A stretch of 54,016 nucleotides of DNA from Anaerolineales bacterium (GTDB lineage: Bacteria > Chloroflexota > Anaerolineae > Anaerolineales > UBA4823). Numbering within the stretch: the first letter of the stretch is position 1; the number at the start of each line of letters is the position of its first letter. Both the position numbers and the translations under genes were made by a program. The stretch spans positions 1 through 54,016 of the forward strand of contig DAOTVW010000136.1 in the NCBI GenBank assembly GCA_034436035.1, read 5' to 3'. Shown here piece by piece: positions 9,496-18,363 of the stretch. The notes under the pieces are model-generated. The model was not told the DNA's origin. It searched no databases and worked only from the letters and a program-made list of their open reading frames with translations.

Positions 9496-10395
9496 ATGAA
9501 AAAGTCCATTGTGTTTCCGTTTCTTATTATTTTAAGCCTGATTTTGAGTGCATGCGCAACACCATCAACCCCCGCAGCAGCACCAACTGAAATGGCAACC
9601 GAAGCCGCGACCGAAATCGTTCAACCACCAACTGCAACCGTCGCTGAAGCACAACCAACTGAAGCTCCTACTGAAGCTCCAACAGAAGCCCCGGCAGCAA
9701 GCAAACTGCCCGATTTAGGTGGCAAGAAAATCACTGTTGCGGTCGAAAACGCCTATCCACCATTCAACAAGATTGACGAAGCCACCGGTGAAGGTGTTGG
9801 TTGGGATTATGACACCGTTCGTGAGATCTGCAAACGCATCAATTGTGTCCCTGAATTTAAACAAGCTGCTTGGGATGGCATCTTCCCGGCGATGCAAGCT
9901 GGTGAATATGACATGCTGGCTGATGGTGTCACCATTACAGAAGAGCGAGCAAAAATCGTAGATTTTTCAATCCCCTATGTCACCATCGGTCAGGTTTTAT
10001 TAGTCCGAGCTGATGAAACTGCTACGGTTGATGAGATAAAGGCTGATCCTAAGCGCATCGTCGGCACCCAATTAGGCACAACGAATGAAATCGTTGCGAA
10101 GAAAAACTTCCCCGAAGAACGCGTCAAATCTTTTGAGGATTTCGGTGGCGCGGTTCTAGCCTTGCTTTCCAATGACATTGATGGTGTCGTCATTGACAAT
10201 GTAACTGCACTTGGCTTCATGAACGAAAACCCAGGGAAGCTTAAAGTGGCTGGTCAAATCACTTCCGACGAACAACTAGGCTTTGTGTTTCCGCCTGGAA
10301 GTGAGCTAAAAGATGCAGTCAATGCCGCCCTGCAGTCTATGATCGATGACGGAACCTTAGAAGCATTGAATAAGAAATGGGGTCTGATCCAATAA
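9496..10395 (+). CDS. amino-acid ABC transporter substrate-binding lipoprotein (family 3)
   Basis: Lipobox LILSAC, a (PTEA)n linker, then a PBPb domain ([25 protein letters not shown]). Confidence 0.85.
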   Translation: MKKSIVFPFLIILSLILSACATPSTPAAAPTEMATEAATEIVQPPTATVAEAQPTEAPTEAPTEAPAASKLPDLGGKKITVAVENAYPPFNKIDEATGEGVGWDYDTVREICKRINCVPEFKQAAWDGIFPAMQAGEYDMLADGVTITEERAKIVDFSIPYVTIGQVLLVRADETATVDEIKADPKRIVGTQLGTTNEIVAKKNFPEERVKSFEDFGGAVLALLSNDIDGVVIDNVTALGFMNENPGKLKVAGQITSDEQLGFVFPPGSELKDAVNAALQSMIDDGTLEALNKKWGLIQ

Positions 10396-10454
10396 GGTAT
10401 ACAGACTAGCTTAATCGTTCTATCACTAATCTCACTGACCAAAATTATGACATA

Positions 10455-10498
10455 GAGCGAAGCGCAGACTATTTTGAAAAATATGTCTCGCTTCGCTC
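10455..10498 (+). promoter_or_regulatory. long imperfect intercistronic hairpin between binding-protein and permease genes
   Basis: GAGCGAAGCGCAGACTATTTT-GA-AAAATATGTCTCGCTTCGCTC. No U-tract follows. Confidence 0.5.
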
Positions 10499-10562
10499 AA
10501 ATAAAATAATTAGCGCACGAAGTAATTACTAAATATTATATTATTTCTGAAGGAAATCAATC

Positions 10563-11432
10563 ATGATAAGTTCTAAGGTCATTGAAAAGGATGAAGAATA
10601 TACCCCGCAAAAGTTCTCCCTTTCCAACCTTCCCTGGTGGGCAATTATTTTACTGATAACCGGGTTAATTATCATTTATCTTATTTTTGCTAATCCAAAT
10701 TATCATGATACTTTTCTGTACTTGAAGTCGGGTGTTGTAGTCACCTTACGAATAACATTAATCGCTTTTCCTATTGCATCTGTCATTGGTTTGTTCGTGG
10801 GATTGGCTCGCTTATCGAAAAACATCGTTATCAATACAATTGCCACAATCTACGTGGAAGTGGTGCGTGGAATCCCGCTCGTCGTCCTTATCTTATTAAT
10901 TGCTTTTGGACTTATGCCGATTATTGTGGACATGATCATGAAAACCGGACAATGGGGAATTGCAACTTTTCCGAGCGGTTTCCTACATGATTTGTTTAAT
11001 CGCATGGCAACCTATAGCATTCGTACCGTTTCGATGGAAATGCGCGCCATTATTGCCTTAGCACTTGGCTATGGTGCATTTGAAGCAGAGGTTTTTCGAG
11101 CAGGTATCCAATCAATCGGTAAGGGTCAAATGGAAGCAGCGCGATCTTTGGGGATGAATTATGTATTAGCGATGCGCTTGATCATTCTACCCCAAGCTAT
11201 TCGCCGAATCCTTCCTCCACTAGGGAATGATTTTATTGCTTTGTTGAAAGATTCCTCTCTGGCAACAGTATTAGCAGTAAATGAATTAACCCAACTCACC
11301 CGATTACGGCGGTCCAGTACCTTTCGAGTAATGGAAGCATTCAATGTTGCAGCATTCTTATATCTAACCATGACACTGTTATTATCCGGTTTTGTACGTT
11401 TTCTAGAGAGGAAAATGAAATTAGGCGATTAA
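10563..11432 (+). CDS. amino-acid ABC transporter permease (HisM/GlnP family)
   Basis: Multi-TM protein with the EAA-type loop MEAARSLGM...ILPQA. Confidence 0.85.
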   Translation: MISSKVIEKDEEYTPQKFSLSNLPWWAIILLITGLIIIYLIFANPNYHDTFLYLKSGVVVTLRITLIAFPIASVIGLFVGLARLSKNIVINTIATIYVEVVRGIPLVVLILLIAFGLMPIIVDMIMKTGQWGIATFPSGFLHDLFNRMATYSIRTVSMEMRAIIALALGYGAFEAEVFRAGIQSIGKGQMEAARSLGMNYVLAMRLIILPQAIRRILPPLGNDFIALLKDSSLATVLAVNELTQLTRLRRSSTFRVMEAFNVAAFLYLTMTLLLSGFVRFLERKMKLGD

Positions 11433-11433
11433 C

Positions 11434-11465
11434 AAAAAACGAGCGCCAAATCGCTCATTTTTTGT
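11434..11465. terminator. short bidirectional intrinsic terminator (permease / tRNA-Leu)
   Basis: AAAAAAC-GAGCG-CCAAAT-CGCTC-ATTTTTTG, with A/T runs on both sides. Confidence 0.5.
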
Positions 11466-11474
11466 TAGAATTAG

Positions 11475-11556
11475 TGCGCTGGGTGGGAGTTGAACCCACA
11501 CGCCTTGCGGCACATGGCCCTCAACCATGCCTGTCTGCCAATTCCAGCACCAGCGC
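11475..11556 (-). tRNA. tRNA-Leu (anticodon GAG), class II, CCA not encoded
   Basis: The minus strand reads GCGCUGG-UG-CUG-GAAUUGGCAGA-CAG-G-CAUGG-UUGAGGG-CCAUG-UGCCGCAAGGCGU-GUGGG-UUCAACU-CCCAC-CCAGCGC-A. It has a long variable arm and G37. Confidence 0.9.
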
Positions 11557-11567
11557 AAGGCTGAATT

Positions 11568-11595
11568 ATTATAATCTCACTTCCCATCCTGTCAA
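11568..11595 (-). promoter_or_regulatory. consensus sigma-70-type promoter for tRNA-Leu (TTGACA-16-TATAAT)
   Basis: The minus strand reads cTTGACAggatgggaagtgagatTATAATaattcagcctt followed directly by the mature tRNA 5' end. Confidence 0.7.
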
Positions 11596-11631
11596 GAAAG
11601 CTTTCTTATTAATTTTAAAAAGGAGCTATAT

Positions 11632-12654
11632 ATGCGCATTGTATTAGATGCTATGGGAAGCGATCGTCACCCTGAACCAGAAATCTTGGCAACCATCGAA
11701 GCAGCACAACGCTTTGCGAACGATGAAATTTTCCTGGTTGGTCAAAAACCTTTATTAGAAAACAAATTCCGCCAATTCTCCATTCCTAAAAATGTCCAAT
11801 TGATTCACGCCTCCGAGGTCATTGAAATGAGCGACAAGCCAGCTGAAAACTCTCGGAGGAAATCAGATACTTCCATGGCGGTTGGGTTGGAGCTAATTCG
11901 CAATGGACAGGCAGATGTTTTCGTCACCGCAGGTAATACCGGCGGGGCAATGGTGAACGCTTTATTACATCTTGGCAGAATACGCGGGGTTCGCCGACCA
12001 GCTCTAACAGCACAATTTCCCGTTCGAGGGGGGCATTGTGTTGTCTTAGATATCGGGGCAAATGCAGACTGTAAACCCGAATACCTGTTACAATTTGGTA
12101 TCATGGGTTCCATTTATGCTGAAAAAATCCTTGGCAAAACATCTCCAAAAGTCGCCTTATTAAGTAATGGCGAAGAAGCCGGTAAAGGAAACGAACTGGT
12201 TAAATCAGCTTTCCCGCTTATGAAAGAATTCATTCCTAATTTTATCGGTAATGTGGAGGGAAAAGAGCTTTTTAATGGTGACGCTGATGTTGTGGTAACT
12301 GATGGCTTTACTGGAAATATCCTCTTAAAATCAAGTGAAGCAGTGGCAAAATTCTTAACGGATCTCATTCGCGATGAAATGATGTCTTCTTTTCGCACAA
12401 AAATTGGCGGATTATTAGCTAAACCAGCATTTGTGAACGTTAAAAAGATTATGGATCCGGCAGAATACGGTGCGGCGCCATTGCTTGGCATCAATGGTTT
12501 GGTTTTTGTCGGACATGGGCGCTCTGATCAACGGGCAATCCTTAGCGCTATTCAGGTTGCTCGTCAAGCTGTAGAAGTCAATTTATTACAAGAAATTCGC
12601 ACGGTTATTCAGGAAAGATTATCTACCACAACAGTCAGGGGTGCGGATGACTGA
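11632..12654 (+). CDS. plsX: phosphate acyltransferase PlsX
   Basis: Full-length PlsX similarity (MRIVLDAMGSD, AGNTGA-like AGNTGG, VTDGFTGN). Confidence 0.92.
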   Translation: MRIVLDAMGSDRHPEPEILATIEAAQRFANDEIFLVGQKPLLENKFRQFSIPKNVQLIHASEVIEMSDKPAENSRRKSDTSMAVGLELIRNGQADVFVTAGNTGGAMVNALLHLGRIRGVRRPALTAQFPVRGGHCVVLDIGANADCKPEYLLQFGIMGSIYAEKILGKTSPKVALLSNGEEAGKGNELVKSAFPLMKEFIPNFIGNVEGKELFNGDADVVVTDGFTGNILLKSSEAVAKFLTDLIRDEMMSSFRTKIGGLLAKPAFVNVKKIMDPAEYGAAPLLGINGLVFVGHGRSDQRAILSAIQVARQAVEVNLLQEIRTVIQERLSTTTVRGADD

Positions 12655-13912
12655 TCTTTCATCAAATTCAAAGCGGCGCGTTGTTGTTACCGGCATGGGC
12701 ACGATCAATCCCATTGGATTGTCAGTGCAGTCATATTGGGATAATCTCATCCATGGGGTGTCGGGCATTAGAACGATTTCACAATTCGACCCCAGTGATT
12801 TGCCTTGTAAAATAGCTGGCGAAATCATCGGTTTTAATCCAACTGATTACCTTGATACAAAAGAAGCACGCCGTATTCCCCGCTCTGCCCAAATCGCCTT
12901 AGCGTCAGCAATGCAAGCATTTCAAGATGCACATCTTCCTTCGAATGATATTGATTCTGAAAGGTTTGGGGTTGTCTTTGGTACCGCGATTGGAGGCGCT
13001 GATAAAATCGACGACGGGATTCAATCATTGCGTACGAAAGGGTTTGAAAGGGTAAACCCGTTTATCCTTCCTTCGGGTATACCAAATTTATCAGCGTTTT
13101 TAATTGCCAAAGAATTCCAGCTGCTTGGCCCAAATATTACCATCACCACGGCTTGTGCTGCTGGAACTCAAGCCATTGGAGAAGCTGTAGAATTAATCCG
13201 CCATGGCAGAGCTGATGCAGTTCTAGCTGGGGGAACAGAATCTTTGATCCGCGATTTTGCAATTGCTGGTTTTTCAGCAATGCGTGCTCTACCCACTTCT
13301 TTTAATACAGCACCAGAAAAAGCATCAAGGCCATTTGATTTGAAACGTGAAGGTTTCGTATTCTCGGAAGGAGCAGCGGTTTTGATATTAGAAGACCTTG
13401 AACATGCTCTTTCTCGCCAGGCTCCAATCTATGCAGAGATAATAGGTCACGCTTCATCCACCGATGCATATCACATCGCTCAACCAGACCCAAGTGGAAT
13501 GGGAGCAATGCGGACAATGTCTTGGGCTATCCAAGATGCCGGGATTACTCCAGCTGATATTGATTACATAAATGCACACGGAACCTCTACACCGCTAAAT
13601 GATCTAACCGAAACCAAAGCAATCAAAATGCTTTTTCAAGAGCACGCCTATCGCTTATTGATCAGTTCCACAAAGTCTATGATAGGTCACGCGATGGGTG
13701 CATCCGGGGCATTGGAAGCGATAGCGACTGTGTTGGCAATTAAATATAAGACGATCCCACCTACGATCAATTACGAATATCCAGATCCAGAATGCGACCT
13801 TAATTATGTACCAAATCAAGCAATTCATTCTCCCATAACCATTGCACTTTCCAATTCATTTGGTTTGGGAGGTCAAAATGCCACTCTCGTTATAAAGGAA
13901 TATATAAAATGA
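12647..13912 (+). CDS. fabF: beta-ketoacyl-ACP synthase II
   Basis: KRRVVVTGMG, active-site TACAAG, two His motifs (NAHGTST, GHAMGASG). ATG 12647 is preferred over GTG 12641 and overlaps the plsX stop. Confidence 0.9.
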   Translation: MTDLSSNSKRRVVVTGMGTINPIGLSVQSYWDNLIHGVSGIRTISQFDPSDLPCKIAGEIIGFNPTDYLDTKEARRIPRSAQIALASAMQAFQDAHLPSNDIDSERFGVVFGTAIGGADKIDDGIQSLRTKGFERVNPFILPSGIPNLSAFLIAKEFQLLGPNITITTACAAGTQAIGEAVELIRHGRADAVLAGGTESLIRDFAIAGFSAMRALPTSFNTAPEKASRPFDLKREGFVFSEGAAVLILEDLEHALSRQAPIYAEIIGHASSTDAYHIAQPDPSGMGAMRTMSWAIQDAGITPADIDYINAHGTSTPLNDLTETKAIKMLFQEHAYRLLISSTKSMIGHAMGASGALEAIATVLAIKYKTIPPTINYEYPDPECDLNYVPNQAIHSPITIALSNSFGLGGQNATLVIKEYIK

Positions 13913-14610
13913 AAATCATCACAAATGAAAAAAAGAAAAAAATCAACCGCCGTATTGCTCTGACAGCCACCTTAGCAGGGATGGCAGTTTTAATCGGAGG
14001 ATTACTTCTTTCGCTAAAATATCCGACTCAAGTCATATATTCGTTTGGAGCGCTAATTGTCGGTTTTATATTAGCGCAAATCGGCATGTATTTTACCAAT
14101 CGCTGGGGACGTAATCCCAGTCCTGATGAATTACTCAATCAGGCATTGAAAGGGCTTGATCAACAATATACGATTTGCCACTATTTCACACCGGTTTATC
14201 ACTTGCTCGTCGGTCCCGCTGGTATCTGGATCTTAACTCCTGTCCATGTAGGAGGTACCATTACATTTCTCAAGGGGCGCTGGATACACAAGGGTGCAAG
14301 TTTATTGCGACTTTTCGGCCAAGAGGGGTTAGGGAGACCTGATTTAGAGCTTCCTTATGAAGTTGAGAAGATTCAAAAATTTCTCAAGCCGATTTTTGGT
14401 GATGAAAAAACAGCCCCAGTAAGAGCTGCACTAGTTTGTACAAATCCTAAAGTTAAAATCGAGATTAGTCCCGATGAAAATCCCCCAGCTTTGACAATCG
14501 AAATCGAAAAATTAAAAGAGTATCTCCGTAAAGAAGCCAAACGTAAACCAGTTTCATTGGAAAAAGTCGAGGCGATCAGTGAGTTTTTACACCAGTATGA
14601 AATGGCTTAA
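13909..14610 (+). CDS. membrane protein with NERD-like (apparently degenerate) domain
   Basis: ATGA overlap with the fabF stop. Two N-terminal TM helices, then a NERD-like layout (YHLLVGPAGIWILTPVH...GRW...VRAALVCTN). The usual D/E-K catalytic positions are not visible. Confidence 0.45.
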   Translation: MKIITNEKKKKINRRIALTATLAGMAVLIGGLLLSLKYPTQVIYSFGALIVGFILAQIGMYFTNRWGRNPSPDELLNQALKGLDQQYTICHYFTPVYHLLVGPAGIWILTPVHVGGTITFLKGRWIHKGASLLRLFGQEGLGRPDLELPYEVEKIQKFLKPIFGDEKTAPVRAALVCTNPKVKIEISPDENPPALTIEIEKLKEYLRKEAKRKPVSLEKVEAISEFLHQYEMA

Positions 14611-14611
14611 A

Positions 14612-14839
14612 TTAAAATAAACCGCGAAAAACCAGTAGGACACCGATTGCAATCAAAGGAATGCCAACAATCAATCCAATAATTGTCGCTGAAACAAGAA
14701 TGCCTACCATGATTAAAACAAAACCAACCACGATCGCGATAATGCGGCCGGTAAACCCTACGATGCCACAAATTAATCGCCACAGCCACCAGAAAGGTAA
14801 TAATGGCAAAGGAATATGAACCCATTTCCGTGCCGACAT
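14612..14839 (-). CDS. small hydrophobic membrane protein
   Basis: Start is GGAGGAAAAATG at 14839. The product is MSARKWVHIPLPLLPFWWLW... with two or three TM spans. Confidence 0.55.
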   Translation of the reverse strand: MSARKWVHIPLPLLPFWWLWRLICGIVGFTGRIIAIVVGFVLIMVGILVSATIIGLIVGIPLIAIGVLLVFRGLF

Positions 14840-14926
14840 TTTTCCTCCGTTTTTAGATATATTTAGGACACCCATTTAATTACTCCTTTTTATTATACAT
14901 ACGCAGGACTATTAAATTGGTTCTAA

Positions 14927-14960
14927 AAAAGAGGCTGCCTTTTCAAGGCAGCCTCTTTTG
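14927..14960 (-). terminator. intrinsic terminator downstream of the aldolase gene
   Basis: GAGGCTGCC-TTTTCAA-GGCAGCCTC, with TTTTTT following on the minus strand. Confidence 0.8.
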
Positions 14961-14970
14961 GTGTGTTTGT

Positions 14971-16389
14971 TTAATCTGCAAGGTCTTTGATATCTTTATC
15001 CCCCACGCTTTCGCCAAGGTAGTCTTTTAATTCTGGTTGAATTTTTGGCGGCTTAATAAAATCATGAACAACTTTTTGGGTATCGGCTATGCAAAGCAAT
15101 CGGAAAAGTTTACTAAATTGGTCTTCCCAAGCTTTCCCAATCATTTCTTTCGTAGCTTGGGGTAAATTCCAGGTAGCTGCTTTGAAAGGTCCAATTGCGT
15201 TTTTACGAGTCTTATAATAAAACTGTTCATCCGTCATGCCTGGTTTTCGTTCATTGGCATATTTTTCGTCCAAAAAGGCATACATTTCTTTTTTCAGATC
15301 TTCGGGTAAACGATCAAATAACATATTTTGGAAATTGGTCGCAAGATGGACTTCACATGCTTCATGTTCCACAAATTTTCCAAACGCATCTTCTGGTAAG
15401 GTTGAAGCCCCATGTTGAACAGCTCCGCCCAAACCATATTCGTTGCGGGCAACTTGGCTCAATCGCTGCAATGTCTCAAAATCTACACTAACCTGTGCAA
15501 TAGAACCATCTGGGAGGACAACGCCACCATGGGTGGTGCCAGTCTGGACGCTAATCTTACTAATGCCAACATAGTTGCCCTTTTTCTTCAACTCACTATT
15601 GTACCCATCCATGTAGCCACGCAATTCTTCAACGGTTGAATTCTTTCCTCCCACTTCCCCAATTTCGCCTCCGACTGAAACAGTAACCCCTGCCGGTTCG
15701 ATAGATCGGATATATTCGGTAAACATCGCTGACAACCCGGTATTCAAGGTTTGCTGCTCCGCAATGGTGGGTTTGCTAATGTCAACCAATGTTGATGTGT
15801 CGATATCAATATTATAGAAACCTGCGCTAATTGCTTCCTTGGTTAAATCACGAATAGCTTTTAATTCTGCTTCAGGGTCTGCAGCATATTTCTTGGCAGA
15901 GACTTGAAAATGATCCCCCTGGATGAATACCGGTCCGCTATATCCCTCCTCTACCGCGGCAACGAAAATATTCGTGGCGTACTCAGCTGGTCGTTGGTCG
16001 GAATACCCAATTTCAGACCGGGCGATTTCAAAAATAAATGCCCCAGCGTTGTACTTTTTCGCGGCTCGGAAGACCGCTTTAGCTGCATCATAGGATAGAG
16101 CCCGTAAATTCATGGCCGGCACAGTAAAAGTGGGAGGAACATCCCCTCTTCCACGCGCCATATACAAATCATGAATGGAAGCAGGAATAACATTACACTC
16201 CAGTGCAATTAATCTAGCAAGATATCTTGCCCACCCTTGTATTGCACCTTTTTCCAGTGCTGATAATTCTGCAAGGTAATGAATATTTTTTCGTAATTTC
16301 GGCAGATCTCTAACCGTTACTTTTCCATGTTCTATGGATATACTTCCCTCTAAGCGGTCGAGGATTGTTTGTAATTCTGGTGCGGTCAT
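14971..16389 (-). CDS. class II fructose/ketose-bisphosphate aldolase family protein (long form)
   Basis: IQGDHF, TGTTHGG and QHGAST motifs. Start is taken at the second ATG (GAGGAGATGAAAATG). Confidence 0.65.
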   Translation of the reverse strand: MTAPELQTILDRLEGSISIEHGKVTVRDLPKLRKNIHYLAELSALEKGAIQGWARYLARLIALECNVIPASIHDLYMARGRGDVPPTFTVPAMNLRALSYDAAKAVFRAAKKYNAGAFIFEIARSEIGYSDQRPAEYATNIFVAAVEEGYSGPVFIQGDHFQVSAKKYAADPEAELKAIRDLTKEAISAGFYNIDIDTSTLVDISKPTIAEQQTLNTGLSAMFTEYIRSIEPAGVTVSVGGEIGEVGGKNSTVEELRGYMDGYNSELKKKGNYVGISKISVQTGTTHGGVVLPDGSIAQVSVDFETLQRLSQVARNEYGLGGAVQHGASTLPEDAFGKFVEHEACEVHLATNFQNMLFDRLPEDLKKEMYAFLDEKYANERKPGMTDEQFYYKTRKNAIGPFKAATWNLPQATKEMIGKAWEDQFSKLFRLLCIADTQKVVHDFIKPPKIQPELKDYLGESVGDKDIKDLAD

Positions 16390-16576
16390 TTTCATCTCCT
16401 CTTTAAAATTTTTTTATCGCTATATAAATTATAACATTTGCAATCATTTTATAATCGAAAAATAAAAAAACAGTAGAATAAAATCACAATAAACAAAGAT
16501 ATGTTTTTTCGAGAATTGAAGGTTATCCATCGAAGGACACACAAACAACTTTTAGGATGAATATACGTAGATTAAG

Positions 16577-16605
16577 TTGCGTGATTAATAAAGCGAGCAT
16601 ATAAT
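16577..16605 (+). promoter_or_regulatory. promoter TTGCGT-17-TATAAT for the 175-aa/SPFH-HTH pair
   Basis: Reads TTGCGTgattaataaagcgagcaTATAAT, about 43 nt upstream of ATG 16649, which carries the SD AAGGAG. Confidence 0.55.
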
Positions 16606-16648
16606 CCAATAAGGTATACGCGTTGTATTTTTATAAGGAGAACAAGTA

Positions 16649-17176
16649 ATGAGCGACCGAATTGACTTAATTATCCAAAAAGTAGTTGGCGATATGGATC
16701 CTTTTAAGAAAATCGCCAGTTATATTCCCGGTTTTAAAGGTTATATTGACCGTCAAAACCGGCGCGATGAAGATAAGATATTACGGGATACAATTGCAAC
16801 TCGCTTTGAAGAGGAATGGCAACGGATCTCCGCGATCCAACGTGATCTAATTTCACAAGGAAACATCCAATGGGTAGACGATATTGAAGCAGCCGCAATC
16901 AAAATAAGGACTTTCATCGATCGGGTTAAAAAAGCCCCGCGTGGCTATTCTGGTTTATTTGATGCAGTGAAGATCAATTCTGACGAGTTAAGTAAAATTT
17001 ATCAATATGATGCAAGCTTGCTGGCATTGTCTGAAGATCTGGACAGGGCTATTGATCATGTTGAAGAATCGATGAATAGTGAAGGATTCTCAGCGGCGAT
17101 CCGGAATCTGGTAACTGTCGCTCAACAATGTTTGGATATGTACGAACGACGCGCAGAAGTTGTCTTCGAAAAATAA
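16649..17176 (+). CDS. hypothetical soluble, probably all-helical protein
   Basis: Strong SD, no TM segments, charged heptad-like sequence. I recognise no family. Confidence 0.6.
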   Translation: MSDRIDLIIQKVVGDMDPFKKIASYIPGFKGYIDRQNRRDEDKILRDTIATRFEEEWQRISAIQRDLISQGNIQWVDDIEAAAIKIRTFIDRVKKAPRGYSGLFDAVKINSDELSKIYQYDASLLALSEDLDRAIDHVEESMNSEGFSAAIRNLVTVAQQCLDMYERRAEVVFEK

Positions 17177-17216
17177 TTTAGGAGATTTTTTAATAATATA
17201 GAAAGGCAGAGTTATT

Positions 17217-18275
17217 ATGGCACGAGTATTTGATATCGTTGAATATCCCAATGAGATGAAAGATGAAATTGTCCACCGCTTTCCAGAAAGTGGGCCAGGC
17301 GATTTCCGTATTGGCAGCCAAGTCATTGTGCGCGAATCCCAGACCGCCGTATTTTTCCGAGATGGCAATGCATTAGATGTTTTTGGCCCGGGCCGCCATA
17401 CCATTACCACCTATAATATTCCGCTATTAATTGAAAAAATAGGAAGAACGTTTTTTAATGAAAAAACGCCTTTTCCTGCGGAAGTGTATTTCGTCTCAAT
17501 GCGGGATTTTGTCGATTTAAAATGGGGTACCGCCCAACCCATTATCGTCCGAAATCCCAATATGGGATTAGGTGTCGCTTTATTACAAGGATATGGTACC
17601 TACAGTATCGTTGTTAAAGATCCCCAACAATTTGTCACTCAGGTGGTTGGTGCCCAGGGCATTTTCCGCACAAGTGATATTGAAACTCGCTTACGGGCAA
17701 TGCTTTTGTCAAAACTCCAAGATTTATTAGGTGAAACAGCAGCCAACCACTCAGTCCCAGAATTAATCGGTTTAACAGAAGAGCTACAATCTGGAGTACG
17801 AGCTAAGGCACAAGATGATTTCTCTGCTATTGGTTTAACACTCAAATCTTTTTACATCGAAAACTTGAAACCATCTACAAAATCAGCTGAAGAGTTGCGC
17901 GCGATGGGTATGCTCGACATGGCTACCTATACGCAGCTTCAAGCTGCGGATGCCTTGCGCGAAGCTGCACAAAACCCTAGTGGTGGCGCTGGGCTCACTG
18001 CAGGTATCGGCGCAGGAATGGGTATTGGCAATGTGATTAGTCAGTCATTACAAAATGTCCAATCGGGTAGCGCTGGAGGAACCACACCCTCCACATCCCC
18101 AACACCCCCTACCAATATACCACCGGTGATGACGCCATCTGAAGCAGCAACATACTTGCGCGTCTCCGAAGAAGACGTCATCGCTGCGATCAACGCCGGC
18201 GAGTTGAAGGCAAAGAAAATCGGAAATGCATATCGAATCAGCAAAGAAGCATTAGAAGAGTTCTTGAAGGGTTAA
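17217..18275 (+). CDS. SPFH-domain protein of the YdjI/COG4260 type fused to a C-terminal excisionase-family HTH
   Basis: The N-terminus (EYPNEMKDEIVHRFP...IVRESQTAVFFRDGNALDVFGPGRHT...EVYFVSMRDF..LKWGT) follows the B. subtilis YdjI pattern. A G/A/S/T/P linker follows. The C-terminus (18129..18272) reads MTPSEAATYLRVSEEDVIAAINAGELKAKKIGNAYRISKEALEEFL. Confidence 0.75.
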   Translation: MARVFDIVEYPNEMKDEIVHRFPESGPGDFRIGSQVIVRESQTAVFFRDGNALDVFGPGRHTITTYNIPLLIEKIGRTFFNEKTPFPAEVYFVSMRDFVDLKWGTAQPIIVRNPNMGLGVALLQGYGTYSIVVKDPQQFVTQVVGAQGIFRTSDIETRLRAMLLSKLQDLLGETAANHSVPELIGLTEELQSGVRAKAQDDFSAIGLTLKSFYIENLKPSTKSAEELRAMGMLDMATYTQLQAADALREAAQNPSGGAGLTAGIGAGMGIGNVISQSLQNVQSGSAGGTTPSTSPTPPTNIPPVMTPSEAATYLRVSEEDVIAAINAGELKAKKIGNAYRISKEALEEFLKG

Positions 18276-18295
18276 ATTGATGGTTTAGATTGAGC

Positions 18296-18338
18296 GCTGG
18301 TTGTGAATGAGAATTTGAGTTCACAACCAGCTTGTTTT
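18296..18338 (+). terminator. intrinsic terminator after the SPFH-HTH gene
   Basis: 12-bp stem GCTGGTTGTGAA/TTCACAACCAGC followed by TTGTTTT. Confidence 0.75.
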
Positions 18339-18363
18339 ACCAGTTTATTTCTCTTATTGAGGA

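Noticed and set aside
9655-9695. Short tandem 12-nt repeats (ccaactgaagct / cctactgaagct / ccaacagaagcc).
   Set aside because: They encode the in-frame PTEA linker of the ABC binding lipoprotein. They are not a CRISPR array or a non-coding VNTR.
12114-12494. Long antisense ORFs opposite well-supported genes (e.g. 12114..12494, 11805..12113, 17090..17410, 34067..34420, 35954..36370, 39827..40210, 40802..41212, 44249..44578, 45910..46239).
   Set aside because: Each lies entirely inside a gene with strong family motifs on the other strand. Their translations are low-complexity or S/P/R-rich with no recognisable domains or SDs. I treat them as shadow ORFs.
16501-16560. 19-codon mini-ORF (MFFRELKVIHRRTHKQLLG) in the AT-rich spacer upstream of the 175-aa gene.
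   Set aside because: It has no SD and lies upstream of the best promoter candidate. Nothing suggests it is a leader peptide.
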